From: Candidatus Poseidoniaceae archaeon
GTDB taxonomy: Archaea > Thermoplasmatota > Poseidoniia > Poseidoniales > Poseidoniaceae
Length of the DNA: 59,486 nucleotides
Direction of reading: 5' to 3'
NCBI GenBank assembly: GCA_964218365.1
Contig: CAXPMI010000002.1
Coordinates: forward strand, 1 to 59,486
The position numbers and the translations under genes were made by a program. Positions within the stretch are counted from its first letter, which is position 1. Every line of letters starts with the position of its first letter. The notes under the pieces were generated by a model. It had not been told where the DNA came from and ran no database searches. It saw only the letters and a program-made list of their open reading frames with translations. Shown here piece by piece: positions 1-10,396 of this stretch.

Positions 1-96
1 GGAGCTGTTCTCTTCATACTATCCGCTGTCCTCGCAACTTCAGTCCTTCGATTGAGCATGTTGGATTGGGAAAATCCAACCCCTGAAGAAGAATAG
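1..96 (+). CDS. C-terminal fragment of a membrane protein (truncated by window edge)
   Basis: Frame 1 is open from base 1 (GAVLFILSAVLATSVLRLSMLDWENPTPEEE*): hydrophobic helix, acidic tail, TAG at 94-96. Confidence 0.6.
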   Translation, partial: GAVLFILSAVLATSVLRLSMLDWENPTPEEE

Positions 97-226
97 ATCC
101 CATTTCATTAGGTAGCGTCTAAAATGAGCCACGCAAAGCCAATTCAAACAATGGTGTTCGCAAGGTTCCCCTCTTAGACTATTGCCGGGACATCATTGAA
201 GCATAATGCAGTGGCGCATAGAGTGT

Positions 227-994
227 ATGGACTGGAAGAAATTCTCTGGGCCCGCGATTCTCATTGGCATCGCCATCATCCTTCACATTGGAATGAAAGT
301 CTATGGTGATGCGAAATATGACGAAGGCGATACGATTGAAGATGGAGATATGATAGCGATATGTGGCACATATTTACTGTTGATATTATTGTGCTTAGGT
401 TCAATCGTTTGGTTTGCATTTGCGTTGGGAGGGAAGACACAAAAGACGGTTTTCCTAGCTGAAGTTCCAAGTAATTCCCAACATACCCCAGTTCCGCTTG
501 CGAACGATTCGCATAGCACGGTCGCACCTTCCACAATTGGTGGAAATCCTGTGTCATATGTACGAGAGAAAATCATAATCGCAAAATCTGAAGGCGATAC
601 AGAGCAAATGGTCGGTTTCCTCATTATTGCAGGCAGTGTTGCGATGTTTGTACTCATGATTATCTTGGGATCGCTCTGGATTCTTTCTGGAATGGGTTCC
701 GGTTTGGGAGGCTCAGGTGGGACCTGTGACGAAACTTGTGAATCTTTAGGCTCTGCTGCTGAATTTAGCATGTGGGCTTCACTCTTGCTTTTCCCATGTG
801 GAGTAATTGCTTTGGCGAGGCCTTGGTCATGGTTCAATTCCGACCAAGATATTAGAGATCCTGTTGTGAAAGTAAGGGTCGGTATCGTATCAGGTATAGC
901 ATTAATTGCAATTATCTCCTTTGGTTGGCCCGCATTGCTTGTTGTAGGAATAGCGTTGGCTATTTTTGTCGCAGCAAGGTTTGGGAATAAATAG
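227..994 (+). CDS. Hypothetical multi-pass membrane protein
   Basis: ORF 206..994, likely start MDWKKF at 227; about 5-6 hydrophobic segments. Confidence 0.7.
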   Translation: MDWKKFSGPAILIGIAIILHIGMKVYGDAKYDEGDTIEDGDMIAICGTYLLLILLCLGSIVWFAFALGGKTQKTVFLAEVPSNSQHTPVPLANDSHSTVAPSTIGGNPVSYVREKIIIAKSEGDTEQMVGFLIIAGSVAMFVLMIILGSLWILSGMGSGLGGSGGTCDETCESLGSAAEFSMWASLLLFPCGVIALARPWSWFNSDQDIRDPVVKVRVGIVSGIALIAIISFGWPALLVVGIALAIFVAARFGNK

Positions 995-1009
995 GGTCTA
1001 TGCGAATGC

Positions 1010-2050
1010 TTAGAGAGTCAAGTTTTGGCGTTCCATCAAGAAATCAAACGTCAACTCGAAGAGTCCTTTTCCATCGACTACTGCATTCCATGCACCATGT
1101 CCGTGACCTTCGAGCGTTACGAGTTCGCTGTGAACATTCATGGAATCATAAATGTCCTGCAAGGCTAATGCTCCTTCATATGGTGTTACGGGGTCGTTTC
1201 CGTCACCATGAGCCATGAATAATTCTGGGTCATTAGCATCGTATCGATCAAAACCGTATACTGCTTCAAAGACATCCAATTTTATTTTTGAACCCCAGAA
1301 ATAAACCATGCTCTTGACATCATATGTCTCATTCAGATTAGTTGTAGCGAGGGTCGGATCCTTATCGATTGAGATTTCATCACGGAAATCTCCCAAGTCT
1401 GAGATTCCAAGTGCAATGGTTGTTATCGAACCTGCTGAAGCCCCTCCGACTGCTATCTGGTCTGTACTAATATTGTATCTGTCTGCATTTGCGACTATCC
1501 ATCTCAAGGCAGCTTTGGCATCTCTTTGAGCTGCATACATAGCAATTGATTGCTGGATTTGCTTAGTTGATTCTGCTCCAGTGAATGTATGCTCAACCCA
1601 TTCCTTAGGTGCAATGCCATCGTAGTAATCGATAATTTCCTCATCGGACATTCCGTCAATATCACCCAACTCTTCTGTTGTTCTGTAATCTATTGAAACG
1701 TAAACCCATCCACGGGAAGCGTAATACTTCCCCATCTCAATGATTTCCGGTTTGTGCTTGACTCCTCCAGTAAAACCTCCACCATGTATGAACATCAAGA
1801 CTGGTCTATCTGTCGAGTTTGTGTCTGGACAATAGATGTCCAACATCAGAGGAACTGCAGATGGTTCTGTGCTTGTTTTTGAATGGGCAAGACCGCTAGC
1901 GTAAACGATGTCTTCGTACGTCAAAACATCGTATGGACCTGGCTCGTAAACAACCATTTCATCATTTTTGTCGCCCTTTCCATCGCGTAAACAACCCGAT
2001 AAGGATACAGTAATTAGTAAAATAACAAGAAAGAAAGCTTTCTTACTCAT
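1010..2050 (-). CDS. Lipoprotein esterase/lipase, alpha/beta hydrolase (HSL-like)
   Basis: Lipobox LSGC; HGGGF oxyanion motif; GASAG nucleophile elbow; DPV and GHG acid/His motifs. Confidence 0.85.
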   Translation of the reverse strand: MSKKAFFLVILLITVSLSGCLRDGKGDKNDEMVVYEPGPYDVLTYEDIVYASGLAHSKTSTEPSAVPLMLDIYCPDTNSTDRPVLMFIHGGGFTGGVKHKPEIIEMGKYYASRGWVYVSIDYRTTEELGDIDGMSDEEIIDYYDGIAPKEWVEHTFTGAESTKQIQQSIAMYAAQRDAKAALRWIVANADRYNISTDQIAVGGASAGSITTIALGISDLGDFRDEISIDKDPTLATTNLNETYDVKSMVYFWGSKIKLDVFEAVYGFDRYDANDPELFMAHGDGNDPVTPYEGALALQDIYDSMNVHSELVTLEGHGHGAWNAVVDGKGLFELTFDFLMERQNLTL

Positions 2051-2146
2051 AATTTCTGCATTGGGTTAACACACTTATTTGTTCGGTAACAAACGTGTTA
2101 CTCTCGAGCACATACTGCTCAAAGTGGATTACAGCATGGATATTGA

Positions 2147-2269
2147 ATGAATCCTGTCCAACTCAACCTTGATATCCCATCAAAAATTAGAGGCACCATG
2201 GGAGAAGAGAAATCGCCTTTCAATCTTGATGATTGGGGTTCTGATATCTCCGAAATCGAGGACTTATAA
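2147..2269 (+). CDS. Possible 40-aa small ORF or gene remnant coupled to fkbM
   Basis: MNPVQLNLDIPSKIRGTMGEEKSPFNLDDWGSDISEIEDL*; stop overlaps the next ATG (TAATG). Confidence 0.3.
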   Translation: MNPVQLNLDIPSKIRGTMGEEKSPFNLDDWGSDISEIEDL

Positions 2270-3108
2270 TGCTAAAATCTCTTTATTGGCGAGTCAATTT
2301 TTTCCTAAAAAACAGGAAGTCTATTCGATTTGTCAATCGCCTTGGCAAAGACGTGAAAGCGGTAATCGTTGAGACAAAAAACGGCGTATTTGCGGTTGAT
2401 CCAGCCGATTTAGAAGTTGGTGCAAAACTCAGGAAAGAGGGAGAGTATGGTATAGGTGAGATAAAGCAAATTTCACAATTTGTTGACAAAGATTCCTCAG
2501 TACTGATCGTCGGTGCTCATCTCGGTTCAATAGCCATACCAGTAGCGAATATTTGTTCGAAGTTAATTGCAATAGAAGCCAACCCAAATAACTTCAAATT
2601 GCTAGAAACAAATGTGAAATTGAATAACACTTCTAACATTACAATACACAACATAGCAGCTAATGATAAGGAAGAGAAAATCAAATTCCAATTAAACACA
2701 GTCAACTCTGGTGGGAGTAAAAGAGTCCCTGTCATCAACCGTTACGCCTACACGTATGATAATCCAGAGGTCATAGATGTCGAGGCACATTCACTAGACA
2801 ATTATCTTTCAGAGAAAGAATTTGATTTGGTGTTAATCGATATTGAAGGCTCGGAGTATTTTGCCATGAAAGGAATGGCTGATATTTTATCCAAAACCAA
2901 AACCCTGATTGTGGAATTTTTACCACACCACATAACCAATGTTGCAGGAATTGAACTTTCAGATTTCCTTGAGAATATCCCTAAGCATCTAACAAAGCTA
3001 ACCATCCCCTCAAAAAACAAAACTTGCCCCATAGATGAAGGCATAGTTACCTTACAACAAATGTTTCAATCAGGCCAGGGTGATGAAGGAATAATTTTCC
3101 ACAATTGA
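2269..3108 (+). CDS. FkbM-family SAM-dependent methyltransferase
   Basis: VGAHLG SAM motif, AIEANP, LIDIEGSE, LIVEF motifs typical of FkbM (Methyltransf_21). Confidence 0.85.
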   Translation: MLKSLYWRVNFFLKNRKSIRFVNRLGKDVKAVIVETKNGVFAVDPADLEVGAKLRKEGEYGIGEIKQISQFVDKDSSVLIVGAHLGSIAIPVANICSKLIAIEANPNNFKLLETNVKLNNTSNITIHNIAANDKEEKIKFQLNTVNSGGSKRVPVINRYAYTYDNPEVIDVEAHSLDNYLSEKEFDLVLIDIEGSEYFAMKGMADILSKTKTLIVEFLPHHITNVAGIELSDFLENIPKHLTKLTIPSKNKTCPIDEGIVTLQQMFQSGQGDEGIIFHN

Positions 3109-3124
3109 CCTAATGAGTTGCAAG

Positions 3125-3148
3125 GCCTCCCCTGTTTCCGGGGGAGGC
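3125..3148. terminator. GC-rich hairpin between convergent genes
   Basis: GCCTCCCCTG-TTTC-CGGGGGAGGC, 10-bp stem, between the fkbM and fasciclin stops. Confidence 0.5.
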
Positions 3149-3176
3149 TCTCCAAATCGTATTCTGCGTGAACTGA

Positions 3177-6100
3177 TCACGCAGCAGGCTGCCAATCGGA
3201 GCCGTTCCACCATAGCATGCTTCCATCATCCATCTGGCGCCATGTGTGTCCTGCATCATCTGTCCACTGTTGCAAGACTTGTGGTTCTGCAACAACAGGT
3301 TGTGCTACAACAGGCTCGGCTACAGGTTGTGCTATTGCTTGAGCCTGGTAAGTTGGCTGAGCAGCAGCAACGGTTTGTGTTGGATAGGTTGCTTGAGTTT
3401 GAGTTGCGTAACTCGTAGCAGTGGTTTGACCGCTGGATGGCTGAGCGGTGAAGATTGTTCCCTCATTCATCGACATTGGGTTGCTTACTCCGCCTTGAGC
3501 GAAATCCTTGCTAATGTCTCCACCAGCCTCTCCTCTTCTCATGAATAGAAGACCTCCAACTCCTGCTAGAACCAAGATTCCAAGTCCGATGTATAGATAA
3601 TTCATCCAACCGCTGTCTTCGTCTTCATCAGATGACGTTCCATCTCCGGTTCCTTCGCCTTCGGTTGTCTCGTCCTCTTCATCTACAGGAACCTCGACTT
3701 CTGGAACTGGTGGCATCAATACCTTGTCAATTACGTGAATGACACCGTTAGATGTGAATACGTCTGCAGTAACTATTCCTGCATCGTTAATCCCGGGACT
3801 TCCTGAGATTGTAACATTGTCACCGTTTACCATTTGCAGAGTGTTTCCATCAATGATATCTGCCGCAGTGAATGTTCCTGCATAGACGTGGTAAAGCAGG
3901 ATATCCGTTAGGTTCTCCTTTCCTGATACGCTATCGAAAGATGCTAGGTCGATTCCTGCATCTGCAAATGCTTGGTCAGATGGTGCGAAGACTGTGAAAG
4001 GACCTTCGCCTTCTAGAGTCGCCACTAATTCTGCCTGAATCAAAGCTGCAACCAAAGAGGTGTGTGCGCCGGTACAGGATGCGGTTCGTACAGTGTCGTT
4101 TGGTGTATCGGTTGGGGTAAGGACCTTGTCGATAACATGGATGACACCGTTGCTAGTGTTTACGTCTGCAATTGAGACTGTTGCATCATTGACCATCACT
4201 GAATCGCCGACAGTGAATGCAAGTGGTTGACCATTTACTGCGGTTGCGCTACCACATTCTGCAACATCGGCGGCTGGTACTGCACCTGACACAACGTGAT
4301 ACAGTAGGATGTCAGTCAAGGTTTCCTTGCCCTCTGGAGTGTCAAGGGATGCTAGATCAATTCCTGCATCTGCGAACGCCTGGTCGGTTGGTGCAAAGAC
4401 TGTGAAAGGACCTTCTCCTTGAAGAGTCTCAACTAATTCTGCTTGTGCTAATGCTGCTACTAAAGATGAATGAACTCCAGTACATTGTGCTGTTCTTGCG
4501 ATATCGTTTGGTGTGTCTGTTGGCGACAAAACCTTGTCGATGACGTGTATTACACCGTTGCTTGTTGCTACATCTGCCAATGTTACTGTTGCATCGTTTA
4601 CCATTACAGATGAACCTACGGAGAAGGACAGTGTCTGACCGTTTGCTGCAGTAGCATCCATACAATCCGCAACAGCGGAAGATGGGACCTCTGAAGGTAC
4701 TACGTGGTAAAGCAAAATATCACTTAAGGCGGCCTTTCCTTCTACCGTATCCAGTGCTGCTAGGTCAATTCCTGCATCTGTGAAGGCTTGGTCAGTTGGT
4801 GCAAAGACTGTGAACGGCCCCTCTCCTTGCAGTGTCTCAAGTAGTTCAGCCTGGATGACTGCCGCTACTAGAGAATCATGAATGCCAGTACACTGGGCTG
4901 TTCGTGGAATGTCGTTAGGCGTAGGAGTAGGCATCAATACCTTGTCAATCACGTGAATGATTCCGTTACTTGCTCCCAAATCGGTTGCGGTAACAGTAGC
5001 TCCGTTGACCATTACAGTTCCGCCAACAGTGAATGATAGAGGATTACCGTTTACTGTAGATGCAGACATACAGTCTGTCACGTTTGCTGCTGGCACTGCA
5101 CCTGAAACTACGTGGTAAAGAAGGATGTCTGTTAGAGTCTGCTTGCCATCTGGATTGTCTAGAGCAGCAAGATCGATTCCTGCATCTGCAAAGGCTTGGT
5201 CGGTTGGTGCAAATACGGTGAATGGACCGTCGCCTTGTAGTGTTTCAAGCAACTCTGCTTGAACTATGCTTGAAACTAGAGAGTTGTGAACTCCGCTGCA
5301 TTCTGCTGTTCGTGGAATGTCGTTTGGAGTATCTGTTGGCATCAGAACCTTGTCGATAACGTGAATCACACCGTTGCTTGTTCCAACATCTGCAAGAGTG
5401 ACATTTGCATCGTTTACCATTACTCCAGAGCCGACGTTAAAGGACAGAGTTTGTCCATTTACTGCAGGTGTAGTCATACAGTCAGATAGTGCGGTAGATG
5501 GCACATTTCCTGAAACTACGTGGTACAGTAGAATGTCGGTTAGAGCTGCTTTTCCATCTGGATTATCCAGTGCTGCCAAATCGATTCCGGCATCAGTGAA
5601 TGCTTGGTCTGTAGGAGCAAATAGCGTGAAAGGACCGGCTCCCTGTAGTGTTTCGAGTAACTCTGCTTGAACAACAGCAGAAACAAGGGAATCATGAATT
5701 CCTGTACACTGTGCAGTCCTCGGAATATCATTTGGTGTATCTGTTGGTGACAACACCTTGTCAATGACGTGGATTACTCCATTGCTTGTGCCGACATCAG
5801 CCAAGGTTACATTTGCACCGTTGACCATTACTCCATCGCTCACTGTGAATGATAGCGTTTGACCATTTACTGCAGTTGCGGTCATACATTCTGTCACGTT
5901 GCTAGAAGGTACTTCACCAGAGACTACGTGGTAGAGAAGTATGTCGGAGAGGGTTTGCTTTCCTGCTGGATTATCCAATGCTCCAAGGTCAATACCTGCA
6001 TCAGCAAACGCCTGGTCTGTAGGTGCGAAGATTGTGAATGGACCCGGGCCTTGGAGGGTCTCAAGGAGTTCAGCTTGTACCACTCCTGCAACTAGTGAAT

Positions 6101-7031
6101 CGTGAATACCTGTACACTGTGCAGTTCTTGGAATATCGTTTGGATTATCTGTAGGTGTCAGAACCTTATCGATAACGTGAACGTATCCATTGCTTGCGAT
6201 TACATCTGTCATCGTGATGTTTGCATCGTTAATCATGACACCATTCTGCAGTGAGAATGCTACTGGTTGTCCATTTGCAGTTACAGAGGTCATACACTCT
6301 GTAACGTTCATCGCCGGGATTTCTTCAGAAACCACGTGATACAGCAGTATATCCTGCAGTGTGGCCTTGCCTTGTGGATTGTCTAGTGCCGCAAGGTCGA
6401 TTCCTGCCTCAACGAAGGCTTGGTCAGTAGGTGCAAAGAGTGTAAATGGCCCTGGGCCTTCTAAAGTAGGAAGTAACTCTGCCTGCAATACAGCACTTAC
6501 TAGACTGTTGTGAATACCAGTATTGGAAGCAATTCCAGGAATGTTTTCTGGAGGCATTAGGACTTGGTCGATCACGTGAATGATTCCGTTAGATGATTGA
6601 ACATCAGCAGTTGTTACTGTTGCTGTACCAATTGTTACGGATGCTCCATTAACCCCAAACTTTGCTTTATCACCATTTGCCATAGTTGCAACCATCCCAT
6701 CAGTAACCGCACTAGATGCTACGGACGCTGTTACTACGTGGTAAAGCAGAATGTCTGTCAGTAGGTCTTTTTCTTCTTGAGTTTGGAAGTTAGCTAGGTC
6801 AATGCCGGCATCATCGAACGCTTGGTCCGTTGGAGCGAATAGGGTAAACGGCCCTGTACCTTCCAATGTCGTGTTCAGTCCAACGTGTGTCAATGCCGCT
6901 AGTAGTGATCCGTGTACACCTGTACCCGCTGCATTGGTTGGTATGTCATCGCTAGCGTCCGCTGTTGCATTCAAAGGGAATGCAGAAGCAATAAGTAAAG
7001 TCATCATCATGAATGTTAGAACTCTATTCAT
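3177..7031 (-). CDS. Membrane-anchored surface protein with 8 tandem fasciclin (FAS1) domains
   Basis: Eight ~136-aa repeats with FT(L/V/I)FAP(T/S)D, LLYHV and NG.(I/V)HVID motifs; signal peptide; C-terminal TM and Trp-rich tail. Confidence 0.92.
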   Translation of the reverse strand: MNRVLTFMMMTLLIASAFPLNATADASDDIPTNAAGTGVHGSLLAALTHVGLNTTLEGTGPFTLFAPTDQAFDDAGIDLANFQTQEEKDLLTDILLYHVVTASVASSAVTDGMVATMANGDKAKFGVNGASVTIGTATVTTADVQSSNGIIHVIDQVLMPPENIPGIASNTGIHNSLVSAVLQAELLPTLEGPGPFTLFAPTDQAFVEAGIDLAALDNPQGKATLQDILLYHVVSEEIPAMNVTECMTSVTANGQPVAFSLQNGVMINDANITMTDVIASNGYVHVIDKVLTPTDNPNDIPRTAQCTGIHDSLVAGVVQAELLETLQGPGPFTIFAPTDQAFADAGIDLGALDNPAGKQTLSDILLYHVVSGEVPSSNVTECMTATAVNGQTLSFTVSDGVMVNGANVTLADVGTSNGVIHVIDKVLSPTDTPNDIPRTAQCTGIHDSLVSAVVQAELLETLQGAGPFTLFAPTDQAFTDAGIDLAALDNPDGKAALTDILLYHVVSGNVPSTALSDCMTTPAVNGQTLSFNVGSGVMVNDANVTLADVGTSNGVIHVIDKVLMPTDTPNDIPRTAECSGVHNSLVSSIVQAELLETLQGDGPFTVFAPTDQAFADAGIDLAALDNPDGKQTLTDILLYHVVSGAVPAANVTDCMSASTVNGNPLSFTVGGTVMVNGATVTATDLGASNGIIHVIDKVLMPTPTPNDIPRTAQCTGIHDSLVAAVIQAELLETLQGEGPFTVFAPTDQAFTDAGIDLAALDTVEGKAALSDILLYHVVPSEVPSSAVADCMDATAANGQTLSFSVGSSVMVNDATVTLADVATSNGVIHVIDKVLSPTDTPNDIARTAQCTGVHSSLVAALAQAELVETLQGEGPFTVFAPTDQAFADAGIDLASLDTPEGKETLTDILLYHVVSGAVPAADVAECGSATAVNGQPLAFTVGDSVMVNDATVSIADVNTSNGVIHVIDKVLTPTDTPNDTVRTASCTGAHTSLVAALIQAELVATLEGEGPFTVFAPSDQAFADAGIDLASFDSVSGKENLTDILLYHVYAGTFTAADIIDGNTLQMVNGDNVTISGSPGINDAGIVTADVFTSNGVIHVIDKVLMPPVPEVEVPVDEEDETTEGEGTGDGTSSDEDEDSGWMNYLYIGLGILVLAGVGGLLFMRRGEAGGDISKDFAQGGVSNPMSMNEGTIFTAQPSSGQTTATSYATQTQATYPTQTVAAAQPTYQAQAIAQPVAEPVVAQPVVAEPQVLQQWTDDAGHTWRQMDDGSMLWWNGSDWQPAA

Positions 7032-7150
7032 AATACTAACAGACGAAGGTGCGGTTATAAGCGAATGTTTTTTTTCACCAAAACTTTCACTTTACACTCT
7101 AAAGTGTAGGTCAATCAGTAAACAGTCACATTACGCAATGCCCACTCTAA

Positions 7151-8356
7151 TCACGAAATCGGGATTAGAAAATGTACATCCATTTGGCTAGAAATTCTGA
7201 TAGTTATTTCCAGATGGGTATCATCTGTGTCACAATTACCGTTAGAATGGTCAATTATCGAAATTGTATCGCCATCTGCAGGTACGTCTGGATTAACTCC
7301 ATTGTAGGTTGTTGCAGCTTCAATCCAAGTTTCTTCCCCGGTGTTGCTATTTATACAATATACAGGCCAAACACCCCAGTTCTCACCATAGTCGCTATCG
7401 GGATTCCAGTCTAACCAATTAGATGTTCCTGAAATTGTAATCGTAGCAATATTGTCACCTCCATTAGCAGTCAAGAGGTCAGGGTGGTCAACTACAGAGA
7501 ATGTTGGTGCAACAGGGCAATTTGAAGTACCGCCTGCCAACCAATCTAAGTCTGCTTGAGAAATTGGCAAGGCCTGATAGAGAGCTTCTTGAATTTCAAA
7601 TCCATCGACGATATCATAGCCTTCTTGGAGCGTAATAGGAGCAACTATCGGAAATACGCTTTTTGCGCCAGAATTGTCCTCAGCAATAACAGCAAATGAT
7701 TTTTGTATGACTAATCCACAAACCACCGTTCTTGCTTCTTCATGTTCTTTGAAATTTGTGATTCTGGTAATTGAGACCCCCTCTTCAAGAGGCAGTTGGA
7801 ACACACCCGTTATCGTGTTTCCACTTGGAAGTAAGACTGAGGATTGTGGGTCAAGAGCACCGGAATCGCCCGGTAATGTGACGTCGGTAACGCCGTCCAA
7901 ATCGTGGTCGATTCCAACTGAAGCAATGGTACCATCCACGTCATAGGCGAACCAATCCATCAAAAAAGTAAGCGACATTGTTCCATCACCGTCATCGATA
8001 AGACGAGCTGTGGTCTCTCCGCTATCAGCACTCCAAATGCTTGCACTGATCACAGGAGGGGAGTTTAGAACGATATTGGAATTCGAACCTCCGATGTCAA
8101 CCACTTCCCAGCCTGTTGACATGCAGGCTTGGAAGTTTACGTCATCTTCAACGTAGTAAAGACGACCTAATGTGCTTGCATCACATGTAGGCAAATCTCC
8201 AGAAGATTGGACGTAGTAAGTTGGCCAATCATCAGGCGATTCCCCAAGTTCAACATCATCTCCTTCTGATGTTTCTACATCGGAGTTGCCTATACATCCG
8301 GATAGGGTCATTGTAGTCATTATCAAAGCAAGCAGCAGAGTTTTGATTCTCTTCAT
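7151..8356 (-). CDS. Secreted acidic lipoprotein of unknown function
   Basis: Lipobox LSGC; acidic, beta-rich sequence with DxDG-like motifs. Confidence 0.75.
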   Translation of the reverse strand: MKRIKTLLLALIMTTMTLSGCIGNSDVETSEGDDVELGESPDDWPTYYVQSSGDLPTCDASTLGRLYYVEDDVNFQACMSTGWEVVDIGGSNSNIVLNSPPVISASIWSADSGETTARLIDDGDGTMSLTFLMDWFAYDVDGTIASVGIDHDLDGVTDVTLPGDSGALDPQSSVLLPSGNTITGVFQLPLEEGVSITRITNFKEHEEARTVVCGLVIQKSFAVIAEDNSGAKSVFPIVAPITLQEGYDIVDGFEIQEALYQALPISQADLDWLAGGTSNCPVAPTFSVVDHPDLLTANGGDNIATITISGTSNWLDWNPDSDYGENWGVWPVYCINSNTGEETWIEAATTYNGVNPDVPADGDTISIIDHSNGNCDTDDTHLEITIRISSQMDVHFLIPIS

Positions 8357-8473
8357 GAAATAACTGTTGTAAAGACAGTAAATGAATTAATTCCCGCCAG
8401 GATTCTCTCGAACCACATCCATCACAATTTACATCAGAGACACTGCTGATTTAGCTTTGTGACTTTTATCAAA

Positions 8474-8889
8474 TCACAAATTTACGTCACACTGCCAATT
8501 TCCTGAGAGATATATCCCATCTCCATATGCGTATTCAACCTCTGTCGGAGTACCGGTTGTTATGCATTCTAAATCTGAATAGAATGTCGGACTTTTCCCA
8601 AACAATTGATTTTCTAAGTTGTATACATCGTTTTCAAATGCAGTTACCAATACAGAAAATGGAGTACCATCTTCGTACAATTGGGATGTGTACGTACTCG
8701 TACATTGAATGAATGTAGGGTTTACTTCGACACAATTTGCATAGGCACCAAGTCTGAGTAGTCAAAATCTACACACGACTCGGTAACTCCCTCATCGCCC
8801 TGAGACCCTTCGTTTAGATCTAAGCAGCCTGCTAAAGGAGCAACCAGCAAGATTAAACACAACAGCAAGGCTTCTTTTCCTTTGTTCAT
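8474..8889 (-). pseudogene. Frameshifted small lipoprotein (~138 aa if repaired)
   Basis: ATG at 8889 gives MNKGKEALLLCLILLVAPLAGCLD..., which stops after 55 aa. One extra base near 8748-8750 continues it as GAYANCVEVNPTF... into the 8474..8680 ORF. Confidence 0.65.
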
Positions 8890-8985
8890 GAAATTCACAT
8901 TTTGATATTAGTTAATTATCTTTTTTTTATTCCACTTTGGTAAACTGCCAACATGTTGAATAGGATTGGAATATGCGCGAAGCGC

Positions 8986-10392
8986 ATGAGTCGTAGGATA
9001 TCGGCCCTCGTCTTGACCACGCTTTTCGTTATCGCACCACTAGCAGGGTGCTTTGGTGACGAGGAAAAAACAGAAATTGTGCCTGAGGACTCATTCCAAA
9101 TCGACTTCGTAGATCCACAAGATGCAATCATCAGAACTGGGGAATGGCATGACTTTACTCTTGAAGGAGAAGGAAACGCAATCGCAACAGAACCAGATGT
9201 TCTAATTTTCATCAACGGTTCTTACGTGAAGAGCCACAGCGTAATGGCTGAGGAAAACACCGTATTCGGCCAAATTCTAACCACTCCTTACACAACTGCT
9301 GTCAATATCACTTTCATGAGTGATGATGGAAGAACAGAAATCATCCAAGTCCCACTTACTAATGGCTCTCCAATCGTCAACGGAGTAGAGTGGTTTGAGA
9401 AGATGGATTTCATCACGAGTGTATGCTCTGACACAACAAAGTGTGGAGGATATGTTAACCGCTGGATGGGTGCTGGAAATGGATTCTATGAGCGTGCTGC
9501 TGAATACTTCAAGGGCCACTTCGAAGGATTGGGCTATGAGACACACCTACTCAGAGTCACAGACCACGGCAACCTTGCACAACCTGAGAGCCTGAACGTC
9601 ATCGCTTGGAAAGAAGGAACCAATGACAACTGTGTCCAAGGCATGGGTGGACACATGGACATCGCGCCACCCGGAGGACCTCCTGGTGGTGGAACATATG
9701 AGGGTGCGTATGACAACACTGCTGGAACTGTTGCAATGATGCTCTTTGCACGTGCATTCGTCGATATGACCTTTGAGTGTGACACGTTCCTTGCATTGTG
9801 GTCAAGCGAAGAAGAAGGACTTCGAGGCTCTAACGCATTCGCAAACAATCAATGTGACTACTGTCTTCCCCACGATAAGGAGCTTGAATTCTACATCAAC
9901 ATGGATATGATGGGAATGTCATGGCCTGCACACAAGTCCAATGGAGACCCATTCCCCTATCACGCATGGTCCGGTCCTGACTCGAATCCTGATGTGCAAG
10001 ATGTTGAAATTACTTCGGTCCTAGACCACGTACACAGAAATATTCTCAAAGCTCCAATGGACCTAAGAATTGATGGTTCATATGGTGCTGGTTGTGACCA
10101 GCATTGGGATGAGCATGCAGACTTAGTATTCGATGTACACGAGGACACTTTTGGACGCTCTGACCACGTTACTTTCAGAGAATTGGGTGCTCAAACAATC
10201 TTCCATCTTGGAGCTTATGACGAAGATTACTCAGCATATCACTCACCTTCTGACACACTGGATAACATGGTGTCAGAAGTAGGCGGCCAAGAGGAACTAG
10301 AGAAGAGCATTCAGTTCGTATTATGGGCTGCTATGCTTGAGTTCATTATCGCTGATGCAACTCCTGAAATCAGGAACCTGAATGAACTGTGA
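8986..10392 (+). CDS. M28-family zinc peptidase lipoprotein
   Basis: Lipobox LAGC; GHMD, GAYDN.AG, SEEEGLRGS, NMDMMG, SDH and YHS.SDT motifs. Confidence 0.9.
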   Translation: MSRRISALVLTTLFVIAPLAGCFGDEEKTEIVPEDSFQIDFVDPQDAIIRTGEWHDFTLEGEGNAIATEPDVLIFINGSYVKSHSVMAEENTVFGQILTTPYTTAVNITFMSDDGRTEIIQVPLTNGSPIVNGVEWFEKMDFITSVCSDTTKCGGYVNRWMGAGNGFYERAAEYFKGHFEGLGYETHLLRVTDHGNLAQPESLNVIAWKEGTNDNCVQGMGGHMDIAPPGGPPGGGTYEGAYDNTAGTVAMMLFARAFVDMTFECDTFLALWSSEEEGLRGSNAFANNQCDYCLPHDKELEFYINMDMMGMSWPAHKSNGDPFPYHAWSGPDSNPDVQDVEITSVLDHVHRNILKAPMDLRIDGSYGAGCDQHWDEHADLVFDVHEDTFGRSDHVTFRELGAQTIFHLGAYDEDYSAYHSPSDTLDNMVSEVGGQEELEKSIQFVLWAAMLEFIIADATPEIRNLNEL

Positions 10393-10396
10393 TCTT

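Noticed and set aside
2066-2101. Nested short inverted repeats (TTTGTT-CGGT-AACAAA inside TAACAC..GTGTTA) upstream of the esterase
   Set aside because: Arms are only 6 bp in AT-rich DNA; could easily be chance
3700-6960. Periodic DNA repeats as a CRISPR array or tandem repeat element
   Set aside because: ~408-nt in-frame coding repeats of FAS1 domains with synonymous divergence; no spacers or cas genes
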